Shown here in pieces: positions 49,244-61,631 of a stretch of DNA of 64,000 nt; the first letter of the stretch is position 1, and each line of letters opens with the position of its first letter. Origin of the DNA: Balanoglossus misakiensis (lineage: Eukaryota > Animalia > Hemichordata); NCBI GenBank assembly GCA_040954595.2, contig CM082576.2:18461028-18525027 (forward strand), given 5' to 3'. Position numbers and translations under genes: made by a program. The notes under the pieces are model-generated. The model saw nothing but the letters and a program-made list of their open reading frames with translations. It had not been told where the DNA came from and made no database searches.

Positions 49244-50994
49244 ATATGATGTGTGGGCGGGCGTGGACCGAAACGGCGAGGTTTTGACGAAAATTCGGCA
49301 AAAAAATGTCAAAAATCTCCCCGTTTCGGTCCTTAAATGTGCCCAAAGCTCATAACACATTCAGAAAACGACGTTTGCGAGCGAATGGACAGAAGTTAAA
49401 ATAGTCTATGGTATTGTATCGCGACAGACATGTGCATCGTGTGGGCGGTACGCGGTACATCCGATTCATGTTGTTTTAGTCGATGCCTTCATTTCCTGCC
49501 AACGTAATCGTCGGTGTAAGACTGCTTTTTACGGTAAACTGTACAATGAAGGTAAGTTCTTATCAGCTATTTTCGGATTGCATGTGATGCGAGTTTCGTT
49601 CGGTACGTGCGATCGATAGTATGGCATGCAGAGGACGGCCTAAGTATAATCTCATTCTGGGTCATAGCAGTGGTGTTTTCTGGCAATTTTTGTCTGACAT
49701 TTTGCGGGCAATTTTCTGATCGACACGGAAAAAGAGCCCGTAAAAAGGAAAAGTACAATTAGCCAGAAAACACCACAGCTGCAGCTATGGACCCACGCCA
49801 CGCACAGTCTGACTTGGGCGGGAAAAACTTGTTTGTAGCATTTTCCTGTGCAACTAGGCCATATGTTAATTACTTGTTTGTTAAGTCTTGTAACACTCCT
49901 TTGTCTCAATTTATTGTGTAGCACACTGTTTCCAGTCTCCTTGTATTAACAAAGTGCAGGTGCAGGTGGTGTTTACAATGTGAGATTTGAACACTGCCAG
50001 GTTGGGGGTTGAAACCAAAGGGTCCCATTATTTTGGGAGAAGTGGTTCAACAACATTGTCAAGAAATGTGCATTTTTATGAGTGACAAATATAGATGATT
50101 GCCTTTCCATCAAAATTCAAAACTACAAAGTTATTGTTTATTAACATCAAGCAGAAAATTGAAAGTCTCAGCCACAGCTACAAGATTGGTTGTGGCCACA
50201 GCCTGAACACAGACATACAAATGCCATGCATTTGGTACTAAATTTTGGTAGCAAATGACAAGGAAAGAACATCTGATTTGGAAGTAAATTATACAATATA
50301 TTTACTCTGCATCAGAAGTCACAAAAATCTCCATGTCATTAGAAAAATATGCCATATTTCTGAATGTACGTGTAGTGTACAAAATATGTCCACACTGAGT
50401 AATCAAATTGCATGCACATACAGCTGGAAATACTTCACCTCTCAGTTATAATCAATATTCCAGCGTTTCAAAAAATGTGTTGCCATTTTTGTTTGTTTGT
50501 ACAATTTCAATATACGTTTATTTCTCTTGTAATCTTCCAAATTTGGTGCACAACCCCAATGATTTATGCAATATTCTTGTTCCCACTCTTTGATTGACAG
50601 CTTGGCTATGCTGTATGATTTCATCAGCTTTGTTCCTACTTTCACCTTAGCTTCTATATATTCATTTATTAACTTCTTATCATTGGGAAGGGCCTTCAAA
50701 GAATTTCGTGATTTATCAAATTATTCGACTTCTTTTGTCTCTCCAAGGACAAATATCAGACTGTCCATCGTGGTTGAAGAAGTATCACTAACTTTACTCT
50801 GAGATTGATGACTCTTCATGTGTGGCTGTTATCTTTGCTGTTGATTTGGCAACTTCTTTGATACTTGACTTGCCTGAATGCAAACAAGAAAACAACATTA
50901 AGGTTTAACAGCAATAATAATGAGTTTTTCTTAAAGTGATTTCCTTTTGGGCCACTTAAACTGACCTGGGGTTCCACAAGGTCAACATGAAATA

Positions 50995-51432
50995 TTGAAC
51001 ACCTATTGCCTGGCCATGAGGGCCATAGCGGCCGTTTATTACACCCGAGGGGCTGTGAGTTACCAGAATCATATGCGGCCGAGGGAAATAGCATATAATT
51101 CTGGTAACTCACAGTCACGAGGGGGTAAAAACGGCTGCTATGGCCCGAATATAGGCCAGGCTATAGGTGTTTTATAATAAACCTCATGCTAACAGCTGGG
51201 AAAATCTTGCAATTTTTTCTTGAGGCTGGCAGACGACATCTTCAGTGGTGGCCATTGTGTCAGACGACGCGACGCTGATTGACGTGACCGAGTCTGCGCA
51301 CTCACGCGGGTCACGTGACCGGTTTATATTTTTTCTGCTATTTCCCTAGCGGTTCATAGTCGATTCTATTTTCCTATCACGTGACGGATTCTGGCGAATC
51401 ACGGCACAGTATTAGCATGAGGTATATTATAA
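50995..51432. repeat. Hairpin-bearing dispersed repeat (Crypton-like non-autonomous element)
   Basis: aacacctattgcctggcc...gtgagttaccagaat / attctggtaactcac...ggccaggctataggtgtt inverted arms (~50998-51172), and ataataaacctcatgctaa / ttagcatgaggtatattat. Confidence 0.5.
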
Positions 51433-52878
51433 ATGTACATATATGTGGGTGTGTCATGTTTCATATCTTTTCCCGCTCACACACATTTATCTTTCCTTTC
51501 TAAAATAAAATTGAAATGACTATCTCCTGCACTGTGACATAACTATGTGCTTGGAATGTGGGCTTGCAGATTTATTTGGGGATGGTGGGGGGGGGGAGGA
51601 AATAAGAATGAGTGGAACCTTGAAATGAACAATCCCATACATGGTAACTTCACTATAGTAATAGTTACGTCCTTGAGTGCAGCAATTTTCCATACCATTG
51701 ACTTCCATCCTTTCTGCTTCAACTGTCTCCTCAGTGTGCTCTGTTTCCAAATCACAGTCTGTCATGTTGATGTCTTCCCCTGTACTATGCTGTGTCTGTC
51801 TTGTATCTTCTATTGGTATACTGCAACGGGTCTCCTCAGCATTGCTACCATGTAATGTTATGTTCCTTTCAGGTACACTTGTCGGCTCGATGTCATTCAT
51901 GTCCATGGTGATATCAGGGGCAAGTTTATCATCTTCTACTGAGAGGATGTGTTCATGGGAACCAGGATCAATCAACAAGTCATGGTCATCATCATCTACA
52001 CCAATTGGATGCTCTGGAATTTCCTCGGATTCTATAAGGCAGTATAAAATATTGACATTTTTTGTAGTGCTTATATTATATAGTGTTATTTCAAAATTTA
52101 TTACTGTTATAGACTAATCATAATTCAAAAATAATTTCAAACGTTCATTTAACTAAGCCGTTCCAGCCAGTATTTATGTCACTCAATTTTGCTAAATCAG
52201 GCGAGAAGCAACACATTTCGCCCATTAGATATACTTTCATTGAATTCATGTGGTATTGAAAGTTGAACATGGCTGGGTATATATAGGTCAATTAATTTTG
52301 ACAGGCTGAAGTGAAAGAAATTCATATTTTTGAAAGTAATGTTTCCCCCAAAATTATATGCATACAGATGAAGTCACTTATTTGGTTTGACTGTGATGTA
52401 ATATGCTCTTACGTCTGCTATCATCTTGAAAGCCTGTGACAGTGAGGCTACCACTTCTTTCACCATTGCTGTCATAGAGCTTTATCTTGTGGATTGGTAA
52501 AGCAATTGCTTCACTTCTTACTCTGTCCACACAATCTTACCAACACCTGTTGATATCACATTGTACCTTTTGCAGAGATTATTGTGTTGTATTGGGACTC
52601 CGTACGCCATGAAGTCTAGTCAACAGAGTGCCAAAACGAGGCAACTCACTTTATTACCATAAGTCAACATAGAGGGCAGTATTACAGATAGTAATGTACA
52701 AGGCATTCAAAGTAACATACATTACACGCCCCTTTTTTACAAATGGGCGACCGGTAATACAAGTGTGAACAATTCAGGATGTTTGACAATGTGAAGACAT
52801 TTTTCTTATAACTCGGGAAAGCACCAAAAAAGTTCAGAACAATAATACAAAGAAGTGGTATCTCAAATACAATGCAAG

Positions 52879-55800
52879 TCAATTCTTTATAACACAGAAA
52901 ACTACAAATCTAATTGAACTTTTCCTTTTGATACTCGGCCATAACGAGTAGTGACATCCGGTCGGATTTTCATGTTTGAGCTTTGTGTGGGCAGTAGTGT
53001 TGGGTGGGGTGGTATGTGGTGTGTCTGAAAATGTGGATTCAGAAAGACGGTTGGAAACTGGTACAGGTTTGGAACAAGATTCCTGTAGATATTCATCAAT
53101 ATCAGGTAAATCTGGTGGTGGTGGGTTTTCAGATGTTGGGTACATATGTCTGCGATTTCTTTTGTACACCTTTCCAGACTGACTTTCAACTAACACAGAT
53201 CTGGGCTGTGGAAGTGATTCCTTTACAACACCATATTCCCATTTAGCATGTGGGTTACGAAATCTGACTGGCTGACCTGGGACAGGCTGTGCAATATTAT
53301 GACGTGCTGTTCTGTCATAATAGTATTTCTGCTTGAGCTGTCTAGCTTTCAAGTGATTTGTCATGGGAGGGACTATATGAGGTTTTGTCAAGTTTTCCGC
53401 TGTGGGAAGTTTGGACTTCAAGATTCTGCTCTTAAGCAATTGACTGGGTGATAAACCATTTGTTCCATCTAGGGGAGTATTGCGAAACTCTAGCAATGAA
53501 ACATAGGGGTCTTGACCACTTTTATATGCCTTTTTCATCAGACGTTTGACTGATTTTACAGCATTTTCAACTTGGCCATTGGATTGTGAATAACCTGGGC
53601 TGATCTTGATGTGGTTAAATTCCCAATCATGAGCAAATTTACGGTATTCACGATTGTCATAACATGGACCGTTATCACTAATGACAGTATCAGGGATTCC
53701 TTCACGAGCAAATACAGATTTTGTTGCGGATATAACTGCATTCGCTGTTTTGTTTGGGAGCTTTATTACTTCTGGGAACTTTGAGTGATAATCAATAATG
53801 ACCAAATAATCATCTGATCCTAATTCGAACAAATCAGTACCAACTTTGGACCATGGGGTAGTTGGTATCTCGTGGGGGATCATCGGTTCTCGAGAACGCT
53901 TGGGACGAAATTCCATACAGACTGAGCATTTAGATATCATGTCTTCAATCTCGTTGTTGATACATGGCCAAAATAGTATTGAGCGGGCTCTTTGTTTTGT
54001 TTTTACAATTCCTTGATGGCTGGCGTGTAGTTTTTGCATGATTTCTGGACGCATACTTGCTGGAATAATGACTTGGTTGTTGCGGAACAATATTCCATGG
54101 GCATATGTTATTTCATGTCGATATGCATGATATGGTTTGACTTCATCAGAAACATACATTTTATTGTCGGGCCATTTTGAGGTGGCTAGGTCAATGACCT
54201 TCAACAGCGTTGGGTCACACGCGGTTTCTTCACGTAATTTCTCTAACTTCTGATCTGATATGGGCATTTGATTGATAATACTGAGAACTTCGCGTTCTGC
54301 ATCTGACTGTTGTGGAGCATCGATCGGGGCTCGACTCAGCGCATCGGGTATGAGCATTTCTTTACCGGGTTTATACACAATGTGTAGATCATATCTCAGA
54401 AGATTCATGCGCATGCGTTGTAAACGTGGACTCAGTTTATGCAGCGGTTTCTGAAATATACCGACAAGGGGTTTGTGATCGGTTTCGACAGTTGTTTTGT
54501 CTCCATATATATAATCATGAAACCGAGTACATGCAAAGAGAATTGCACTCATCTCCTTTTCGATTGTCGCGTAATTTACTTCTGCATTATTCAGTCTGCG
54601 CGAGGCGTAAGCAACTGGGTGTGAATCTTGGCTTATCATAGCGCCAAAACCTTTGTCACTAGCATCAGTAGAAATTGTGACGGGCTTTTTAGCATCGTAG
54701 AATTTCAGAACGGGAGCATTTGTAGCGACTTCAATCAATTTGTCAAACGCAGCATCATGTCTGGCTTCCCAGCTCCATTCTATTCCTTTTGCAAGAAGCT
54801 CACGTAATGGGGCTGTAAGTGCTGACAAATTTGGCACGAACTTTGCTAGATACACCATGATGCCGAGAAATGTCTGGAGCTCAGATTTGTTTTGCGGCTT
54901 GGACATTTCTGTGAGGGCTCGGATTCTTTCTGGACTTGGTTTCAGTCCTTCACTTGTCAGTAAGTGACCTGAGAATTCGACTTCGTCAACAGCTATTTCA
55001 CATTTGCTGCCATTGAGTTTCAATCCGGACTCGCGAACTTTGTCTAGGAATTGACAGAGGTTTTTGTCATGCTCGTCATCACAAGTAGCTTGTAGTAGCA
55101 TATCGTCTACAATGACTTCAATACCTTCTAAATCACCAAATTCATCTATCATGGCTCTTTGCCAAATTTCGCTTGCAGAGCTAATACCAAATGGCATTCT
55201 CTTGAACATATATCTACCCCAGGGGGTGTTGAACGTGGTTAGCTTGGAACTCGCGTCGCTAAGTTTGAGTTGCCAATAACCTGACGTGGCGTCGAACTTG
55301 GAAAAAATATTTGCGTCTGGCATTCGCGTTACGACGTCTTCTAACGTGGCGTTTGGAAAGTGCTCACGACGTATTGCTTTGTTTAATTCTTGTGGATCTA
55401 GGCATACGCGCACTTGGCCATTCTTTTTCATGACCACGGTGATTTGACTAACCCAATCGGTTGGCTCGGTGACGGGTTCAATTACATCAAGTAAAACCAT
55501 ACGATCTAATTCTGCTTTGACTTTGTCTCTCAATTTGTGAGGGATTTGTCTTGGTGGTAACTGAACTGGGGGTACAGTGGGGTCAATTTGTATGTCATAC
55601 TCACAGTTGTTCAGACAACCAAGGCCTTCGAATAAATCCTTGTTTTTGTCAAGTAACCTTTGGGCTTGTTTAGTACGCTTTGAGTGTGATTTTTCTGAAG
55701 CAGTTGAAATATTGCCATTCTGTTTGGGGACAGGACCACAGGTTTGTACATGAAATACCCTTTTCAAAAGATTCAACCTTTCACATGTTTCATGACCAAG

Positions 55801-57096
55801 GATGGGTACAACATTACCTGTAACAACTTGAAATGTGATGGGGATGGGCTTACTCTGTGTGATTTTGCCATTCACACCTTGTGTATTTACTTTCACTTTG
55901 AGCTGGACTTGGCCAATGGGCTTAATCACATGATTGCTGTATGATTTCAAAGTGATTTGTGAACGCTTCAAATGAGTGTGCTTAGGTACCAAAGATTTCA
56001 ATACAGACACTGGAATAATATCAACTTGTGAACCACTATCTAGTTTGAAGGATACATTGGTGTCTCCAATGCGACAACTTTGAGACCAGTCTTTTGATCT
56101 GCTATCAGTTTCAGTTTCAAGGGTTCTGACAGTTAGAGTGTCAATAGTGAACAGTGCGATGTCTTCATCACTGCTATCTGCATGCGTAACTGCTTTCACT
56201 GCACGCTGGCTACGTGGGTGCTGGCTTGACCTGGCTCGTGACATCGACTGCTGGGCAGGATGTTGTGTTGTGGGGCTGGCACAACGGTTGTTGGTACGCT
56301 GGGCAGTACCTCTACACTTACTTGCAAAGTGGTTTGGTTTTCCGCATTTCCGGCATGTTTTGCCATATGCTGGGCATTTTCTAGAATCGTGTTCATAGGG
56401 ACAGTTCGGACACTGCCTGTTCGGAGATTGCCTATTCCCCGCGGGAGGTCGACGCGTAAACTTCTGGTGGGACTTACCACGTGACTGTTTACCGCCTGCA
56501 CGCTTGACGCCGTGTACATCAACTGGACTATCGTTATCGATGAAAGAGAGTGATCTCATCTGATCTGCGGATAGTTCTGCTGCTTTGCAGGTGTTGACTG
56601 CATTCTGCAGTGTGAGGTCGTCAGTTCGTAGAAGTCTTTCTCGGACTTTCTCATCTCTGATTCCACACACTATGCGATCACGAAGAAATTCATCCGCCAA
56701 ATCTTGGGGTAAACTGCAGTCTTTGAGCAACGTGCGTAATGACGTCAAATAGTCCGTGAACGACTCGTTGATTTTCTGTTGTCTTGAGTTGAATAAATAA
56801 CAGTTTACGGTTATGTTTTTTCTTGGCTCACAATAACCGGCGAACTTTTCGATGACTGGATCGATTTTGTGTTCATCTCTGGGATCAGCGAACTCGAACG
56901 TGTCGAAGACTTGCCGCGCAGCGGTACCAGCTACATGTAGAAATGTGGCGACTTGTACGGCCTCTTCTTTTTTGTCCAGTTCTGCTGCCGTGGCGAACGT
57001 TTCCCAACTGCGACGAAACTCCTTCCAGTTTTGCGCAACGTTACCATCTAGGCTTAGATGTGCTGGAGGTTTCAGTTGAATGTTGGATTGAGCCAT
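52879..57096 (-). CDS. Gag-Pol polyprotein, copy 1
   Basis: ATG at 57096. CPNC..H and CRKC..NH knuckles, protease LDSGS, RT MPFG..IVDD, RNase H TDAS..TDHKPL, integrase SDNGP..E. Confidence 0.95.
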   Translation of the reverse strand: MAQSNIQLKPPAHLSLDGNVAQNWKEFRRSWETFATAAELDKKEEAVQVATFLHVAGTAARQVFDTFEFADPRDEHKIDPVIEKFAGYCEPRKNITVNCYLFNSRQQKINESFTDYLTSLRTLLKDCSLPQDLADEFLRDRIVCGIRDEKVRERLLRTDDLTLQNAVNTCKAAELSADQMRSLSFIDNDSPVDVHGVKRAGGKQSRGKSHQKFTRRPPAGNRQSPNRQCPNCPYEHDSRKCPAYGKTCRKCGKPNHFASKCRGTAQRTNNRCASPTTQHPAQQSMSRARSSQHPRSQRAVKAVTHADSSDEDIALFTIDTLTVRTLETETDSRSKDWSQSCRIGDTNVSFKLDSGSQVDIIPVSVLKSLVPKHTHLKRSQITLKSYSNHVIKPIGQVQLKVKVNTQGVNGKITQSKPIPITFQVVTGNVVPILGHETCERLNLLKRVFHVQTCGPVPKQNGNISTASEKSHSKRTKQAQRLLDKNKDLFEGLGCLNNCEYDIQIDPTVPPVQLPPRQIPHKLRDKVKAELDRMVLLDVIEPVTEPTDWVSQITVVMKKNGQVRVCLDPQELNKAIRREHFPNATLEDVVTRMPDANIFSKFDATSGYWQLKLSDASSKLTTFNTPWGRYMFKRMPFGISSASEIWQRAMIDEFGDLEGIEVIVDDMLLQATCDDEHDKNLCQFLDKVRESGLKLNGSKCEIAVDEVEFSGHLLTSEGLKPSPERIRALTEMSKPQNKSELQTFLGIMVYLAKFVPNLSALTAPLRELLAKGIEWSWEARHDAAFDKLIEVATNAPVLKFYDAKKPVTISTDASDKGFGAMISQDSHPVAYASRRLNNAEVNYATIEKEMSAILFACTRFHDYIYGDKTTVETDHKPLVGIFQKPLHKLSPRLQRMRMNLLRYDLHIVYKPGKEMLIPDALSRAPIDAPQQSDAEREVLSIINQMPISDQKLEKLREETACDPTLLKVIDLATSKWPDNKMYVSDEVKPYHAYRHEITYAHGILFRNNQVIIPASMRPEIMQKLHASHQGIVKTKQRARSILFWPCINNEIEDMISKCSVCMEFRPKRSREPMIPHEIPTTPWSKVGTDLFELGSDDYLVIIDYHSKFPEVIKLPNKTANAVISATKSVFAREGIPDTVISDNGPCYDNREYRKFAHDWEFNHIKISPGYSQSNGQVENAVKSVKRLMKKAYKSGQDPYVSLLEFRNTPLDGTNGLSPSQLLKSRILKSKLPTAENLTKPHIVPPMTNHLKARQLKQKYYYDRTARHNIAQPVPGQPVRFRNPHAKWEYGVVKESLPQPRSVLVESQSGKVYKRNRRHMYPTSENPPPPDLPDIDEYLQESCSKPVPVSNRLSESTFSDTPHTTPPNTTAHTKLKHENPTGCHYSLWPSIKRKSSIRFVVFCVIKN

Positions 57097-57413
57097 TTTC
57101 CTCAACTTCTGACACCATGTGTTGTATTGGAACTCCGTACGCCATGAAGTCTAGTCAACAGAGTGCCAAAACGAGGCAACTCACTTTATTACCATAAGTC
57201 AACATAGAGGGCAGTATTACAGATAGTAATGTACAAGGCATTCAAAGTAACATACATTACACGCCCCTTTTTTACAAATGGGTGACCGGTAATACAAGTG
57301 TGAACAATTCAGGATGTTTGACAATGTGAAGACATTTTTCTTATAACTCGGGAAAGCACCAAAAAAGTTCAGAACAATAATACAAAGAAGTGGTATCTCA
57401 AATACAATGCAAG

Positions 57414-60400
57414 TCAATTCTTTATAACACAGAAAACTACAAATCTAATTGAACTTTTCCTTTTGATACTCGGCCATAACGAGTAGTGACATCCGGTCGG
57501 ATTTTCATGTTTGAGCTTTGTGTGGGCAGTAGTGTTGGGTGGGGTGGTATGTGGTGTGTCTGAAAATGTGGATTCAGAAAGACGGTTGGAAACTGGTACA
57601 GGTTTGGAACAAGATTCCTGTAGATATTCATCAATATCAGGTAAATCTGGTGGTGGTGGGTTTTCAGATGTTGGGTACATATGTCTGCGATTTCTTTTGT
57701 ACACCTTTCCAGACTGACTTTCAACTAACACAGATCTGGGCTGTGGAAGTGATTCCTTTACAACACCATATTCCCATTTAGCATGTGGGTTACGAAATCT
57801 GACTGGCTGACCTGGGACAGGCTGTGCAATATTATGACGTGCTGTTCTGTCATAATAGTATTTCTGCTTGAGCTGTCTAGCTTTCAAGTGATTTGTCATG
57901 GGAGGGACTATATGAGGTTTTGTCAAGTTTTCCGCTGTGGGAAGTTTGGACTTCAAGATTCTGCTCTTAAGCAATTGACTGGGTGATAAACCATTTGTTC
58001 CATCTAGGGGAGTATTGCGAAACTCTAGCAATGAAACATAGGGGTCTTGACCACTTTTATATGCCTTTTTCATCAGACGTTTGACTGATTTTACAGCATT
58101 TTCAACTTGGCCATTGGATTGTGAATAACCTGGGCTGATCTTGATGTGGTTAAATTCCCAATCATGAGCAAATTTACGGTATTCACGATTGTCATAACAT
58201 GGACCGTTATCACTAATGACAGTATCAGGGATTCCTTCACGAGCAAATACAGATTTTGTTGCGGATATAACTGCATTCGCTGTTTTGTTTGGGAGCTTTA
58301 TTACTTCTGGGAACTTTGAGTGATAATCAATAATGACCAAATAATCATCTGATCCTAATTCGAACAAATCAGTACCAACTTTGGACCATGGGGTAGTTGG
58401 TATCTCGTGGGGGATCATCGGTTCTCGAGAACGCTTGGGACGAAATTCCATACAGACTGAGCATTTAGATATCATGTCTTCAATCTCGTTGTTGATACAT
58501 GGCCAAAATAGTATTGAGCGGGCTCTTTGTTTTGTTTTTACAATTCCTTGATGGCTGGCGTGTAGTTTTTGCATGATTTCTGGACGCATACTTGCTGGAA
58601 TAATGACTTGGTTGTTGCGGAACAATATTCCATGGGCATATGTTATTTCATGTCGATATGCATGATATGGTTTGACTTCATCAGAAACATACATTTTATT
58701 GTCGGGCCATTTTGAGGTGGCTAGGTCAATGACCTTCAACAGCGTTGGGTCACACGCGGTTTCTTCACGTAATTTCTCTAACTTCTGATCTGATATGGGC
58801 ATTTGATTGATAATACTGAGAACTTCGCGTTCTGCATCTGACTGTTGTGGAGCATCGATCGGGGCTCGACTCAGTGCATCGGGTATGAGCATTTCTTTAC
58901 CGGGTTTATACACAATGTGTAGATCATATCTCAGAAGATTCATGCGCATGCGTTGTAAACGTGGACTCAGTTTATGCAGCGGTTTCTGAAATATACCGAC
59001 AAGGGGTTTGTGATCGGTTTCGACAGTTGTTTTGTCTCCATATATATAATCATGAAACCGAGTACATGCAAAGAGAATTGCACTCATCTCCTTTTCGATT
59101 GTCGCGTAATTTACTTCTGCATTATTCAGTCTGCGCGAGGCGTAAGCAACTGGGTGTGAATCTTGGCTTATCATAGCGCCAAAACCTTTGTCACTAGCAT
59201 CAGTAGAAATTGTGACGGGCTTTTTAGCATCGTAGAATTTCAGAACGGGAGCATTTGTAGCGACTTCAATCAATTTGTCAAACGCAGCATCATGTCTGGC
59301 TTCCCAGCTCCATTCTATTCCTTTTGCAAGAAGCTCACGTAATGGGGCTGTAAGTGCTGACAAATTTGGCACGAACTTTGCTAGATACACCATGATGCCG
59401 AGAAATGTCTGGAGCTCAGATTTGTTTTGCGGCTTGGACATTTCTGTGAGGGCTCGGATTCTTTCTGGACTTGGTTTCAGTCCTTCACTTGTCAGTAAGT
59501 GACCTGAGAATTCGACTTCGTCAACAGCTATTTCACATTTGCTGCCATTGAGTTTCAATCCGGACTCGCGAACTTTGTCTAGGAATTGACAGAGGTTTTT
59601 GTCATGCTCGTCATCACAAGTAGCTTGTAGTAGCATATCGTCTACAATGACTTCAATACCTTCTAAATCACCAAATTCATCTATCATGGCTCTTTGCCAA
59701 ATTTCGCTTGCAGAGCTAATACCAAATGGCATTCTCTTGAACATATATCTACCCCAGGGGGTGTTGAACGTGGTTAGCTTGGAACTCGCGTCGCTAAGTT
59801 TGAGTTGCCAATAACCTGACGTGGCGTCGAACTTGGAAAAAATATTTGCGTCTGGCATTCGCGTTACGACGTCTTCTAACGTGGCGTTTGGAAAGTGCTC
59901 ACGACGTATTGCTTTGTTTAATTCTTGTGGATCTAGGCATACGCGCACTTGGCCATTCTTTTTCATGACCACGGTGATTTGACTAACCCAATCGGTTGGC
60001 TCGGTGACGGGTTCAATTACATCAAGTAAAACCATACGATCTAATTCTGCTTTGACTTTGTCTCTCAATTTGTGAGGGATTTGTCTTGGTGGTAACTGAA
60101 CTGGGGGTACAGTGGGGTCAATTTGTATGTCATACTCACAGTTGTTCAGACAACCAAGGCCTTCGAATAAATCCTTGTTTTTGTCAAGTAACCTTTGGGC
60201 TTGTTTAGTACGCTTTGAGTGTGATTTTTCTGAAGCAGTTGAAATATTGCCATTCTGTTTGGGGACAGGACCACAGGTTTGTACATGAAATACCCTTTTC
60301 AAAAGATTCAACCTTTCACATGTTTCATGACCAAGGATGGGTACAACATTACCTGTAACAACTTGAAATGTGATGGGGATGGGCTTACTCTGTGTGATTT

Positions 60401-61631
60401 TGCCATTCACACCTTGTGTATTTACTTTCACTTTGAGCTGGACTTGGCCAATGGGCTTAATCACATGATTGCTGTATGATTTCAAAGTGATTTGTGAACG
60501 CTTCAAATGAGTGTGCTTAGGTACCAAAGATTTCAATACAGACACTGGAATAATATCAACTTGTGAACCACTATCTAGTTTGAAGGATACATTGGTGTCT
60601 CCAATGCGACAACTTTGAGACCAGTCTTTTGATCTGCTATCAGTTTCAGTTTCAAGGGTTCTGACAGTTAGAGTGTCAATAGTGAACAGTGCGATGTCTT
60701 CATCACTGCTATCTGCATGCGTAACTGCTTTCACTGCACGCTGGCTACGTGGGTGCTGGCTTGACCTGGCTCGTGACATCGACTGCTGGGCAGGATGTTG
60801 TGTTGTGGGGCTGGCACAACGGTTGTTGGTACGCTGGGCAGTACCTCTACACTTACTTGCAAAGTGGTTTGGTTTTCCGCATTTCCGGCATGTTTTGCCA
60901 TATGCTGGGCATTTTCTAGAATCGTGTTCATAGGGACAGTTCGGACACTGCCTGTTCGGAGATTGCCTATTCCCCGCGGGAGGTCGACGCGTAAACTTCT
61001 GGTGGGACTTACCACGTGACTGTTTACCGCCTGCACGCTTGACGCCGTGTACATCAACTGGACTATCGTTATCGATGAAAGAGAGTGATCTCATCTGATC
61101 TGCGGATAGTTCTGCTGCTTTGCAGGTGTTGACTGCATTCTGCAGTGTGAGGTCGTCAGTTCGTAGAAGTCTTTCTCGGACTTTCTCATCTCTGATTCCA
61201 CACACTATGCGATCACGAAGAAATTCATCCGCCAAATCTTGGGGTAAACTGCAGTCTTTGAGCAACGTGCGTAATGACGTCAAATAGTCCGTGAACGACT
61301 CGTTGATTTTCTGTTGTCTTGAGTTGAATAAATAACAGTTTACGGTTATGTTTTTTCTTGGCTCACAATAACCGGCGAACTTTTCGATGACTGGATCGAT
61401 TTTGTGTTCATCTCTGGGATCAGCGAACTCGAACGTGTCGAAGACTTGCCGCGCAGCGGTACCAGCTACATGTAGAAATGTGGCGACTTGTACGGCCTCT
61501 TCTTTTTTGTCCAGTTCTGCTGCCGTGGCGAACGTTTCCCAACTGCGACGAAACTCCTTCCAGTTTTGCGCAACGTTACCATCTAGGCTTAGATGTGCTG
61601 GAGGTTTCAGTTGAATGTTGGATTGAGCCAT
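57414..61631 (-). CDS. Gag-Pol polyprotein, copy 2 (same translation as copy 1)
   Basis: Same translation as copy 1, offset by 4535 bp. Confidence 0.95.
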   Translation of the reverse strand: MAQSNIQLKPPAHLSLDGNVAQNWKEFRRSWETFATAAELDKKEEAVQVATFLHVAGTAARQVFDTFEFADPRDEHKIDPVIEKFAGYCEPRKNITVNCYLFNSRQQKINESFTDYLTSLRTLLKDCSLPQDLADEFLRDRIVCGIRDEKVRERLLRTDDLTLQNAVNTCKAAELSADQMRSLSFIDNDSPVDVHGVKRAGGKQSRGKSHQKFTRRPPAGNRQSPNRQCPNCPYEHDSRKCPAYGKTCRKCGKPNHFASKCRGTAQRTNNRCASPTTQHPAQQSMSRARSSQHPRSQRAVKAVTHADSSDEDIALFTIDTLTVRTLETETDSRSKDWSQSCRIGDTNVSFKLDSGSQVDIIPVSVLKSLVPKHTHLKRSQITLKSYSNHVIKPIGQVQLKVKVNTQGVNGKITQSKPIPITFQVVTGNVVPILGHETCERLNLLKRVFHVQTCGPVPKQNGNISTASEKSHSKRTKQAQRLLDKNKDLFEGLGCLNNCEYDIQIDPTVPPVQLPPRQIPHKLRDKVKAELDRMVLLDVIEPVTEPTDWVSQITVVMKKNGQVRVCLDPQELNKAIRREHFPNATLEDVVTRMPDANIFSKFDATSGYWQLKLSDASSKLTTFNTPWGRYMFKRMPFGISSASEIWQRAMIDEFGDLEGIEVIVDDMLLQATCDDEHDKNLCQFLDKVRESGLKLNGSKCEIAVDEVEFSGHLLTSEGLKPSPERIRALTEMSKPQNKSELQTFLGIMVYLAKFVPNLSALTAPLRELLAKGIEWSWEARHDAAFDKLIEVATNAPVLKFYDAKKPVTISTDASDKGFGAMISQDSHPVAYASRRLNNAEVNYATIEKEMSAILFACTRFHDYIYGDKTTVETDHKPLVGIFQKPLHKLSPRLQRMRMNLLRYDLHIVYKPGKEMLIPDALSRAPIDAPQQSDAEREVLSIINQMPISDQKLEKLREETACDPTLLKVIDLATSKWPDNKMYVSDEVKPYHAYRHEITYAHGILFRNNQVIIPASMRPEIMQKLHASHQGIVKTKQRARSILFWPCINNEIEDMISKCSVCMEFRPKRSREPMIPHEIPTTPWSKVGTDLFELGSDDYLVIIDYHSKFPEVIKLPNKTANAVISATKSVFAREGIPDTVISDNGPCYDNREYRKFAHDWEFNHIKISPGYSQSNGQVENAVKSVKRLMKKAYKSGQDPYVSLLEFRNTPLDGTNGLSPSQLLKSRILKSKLPTAENLTKPHIVPPMTNHLKARQLKQKYYYDRTARHNIAQPVPGQPVRFRNPHAKWEYGVVKESLPQPRSVLVESQSGKVYKRNRRHMYPTSENPPPPDLPDIDEYLQESCSKPVPVSNRLSESTFSDTPHTTPPNTTAHTKLKHENPTGCHYSLWPSIKRKSSIRFVVFCVIKN

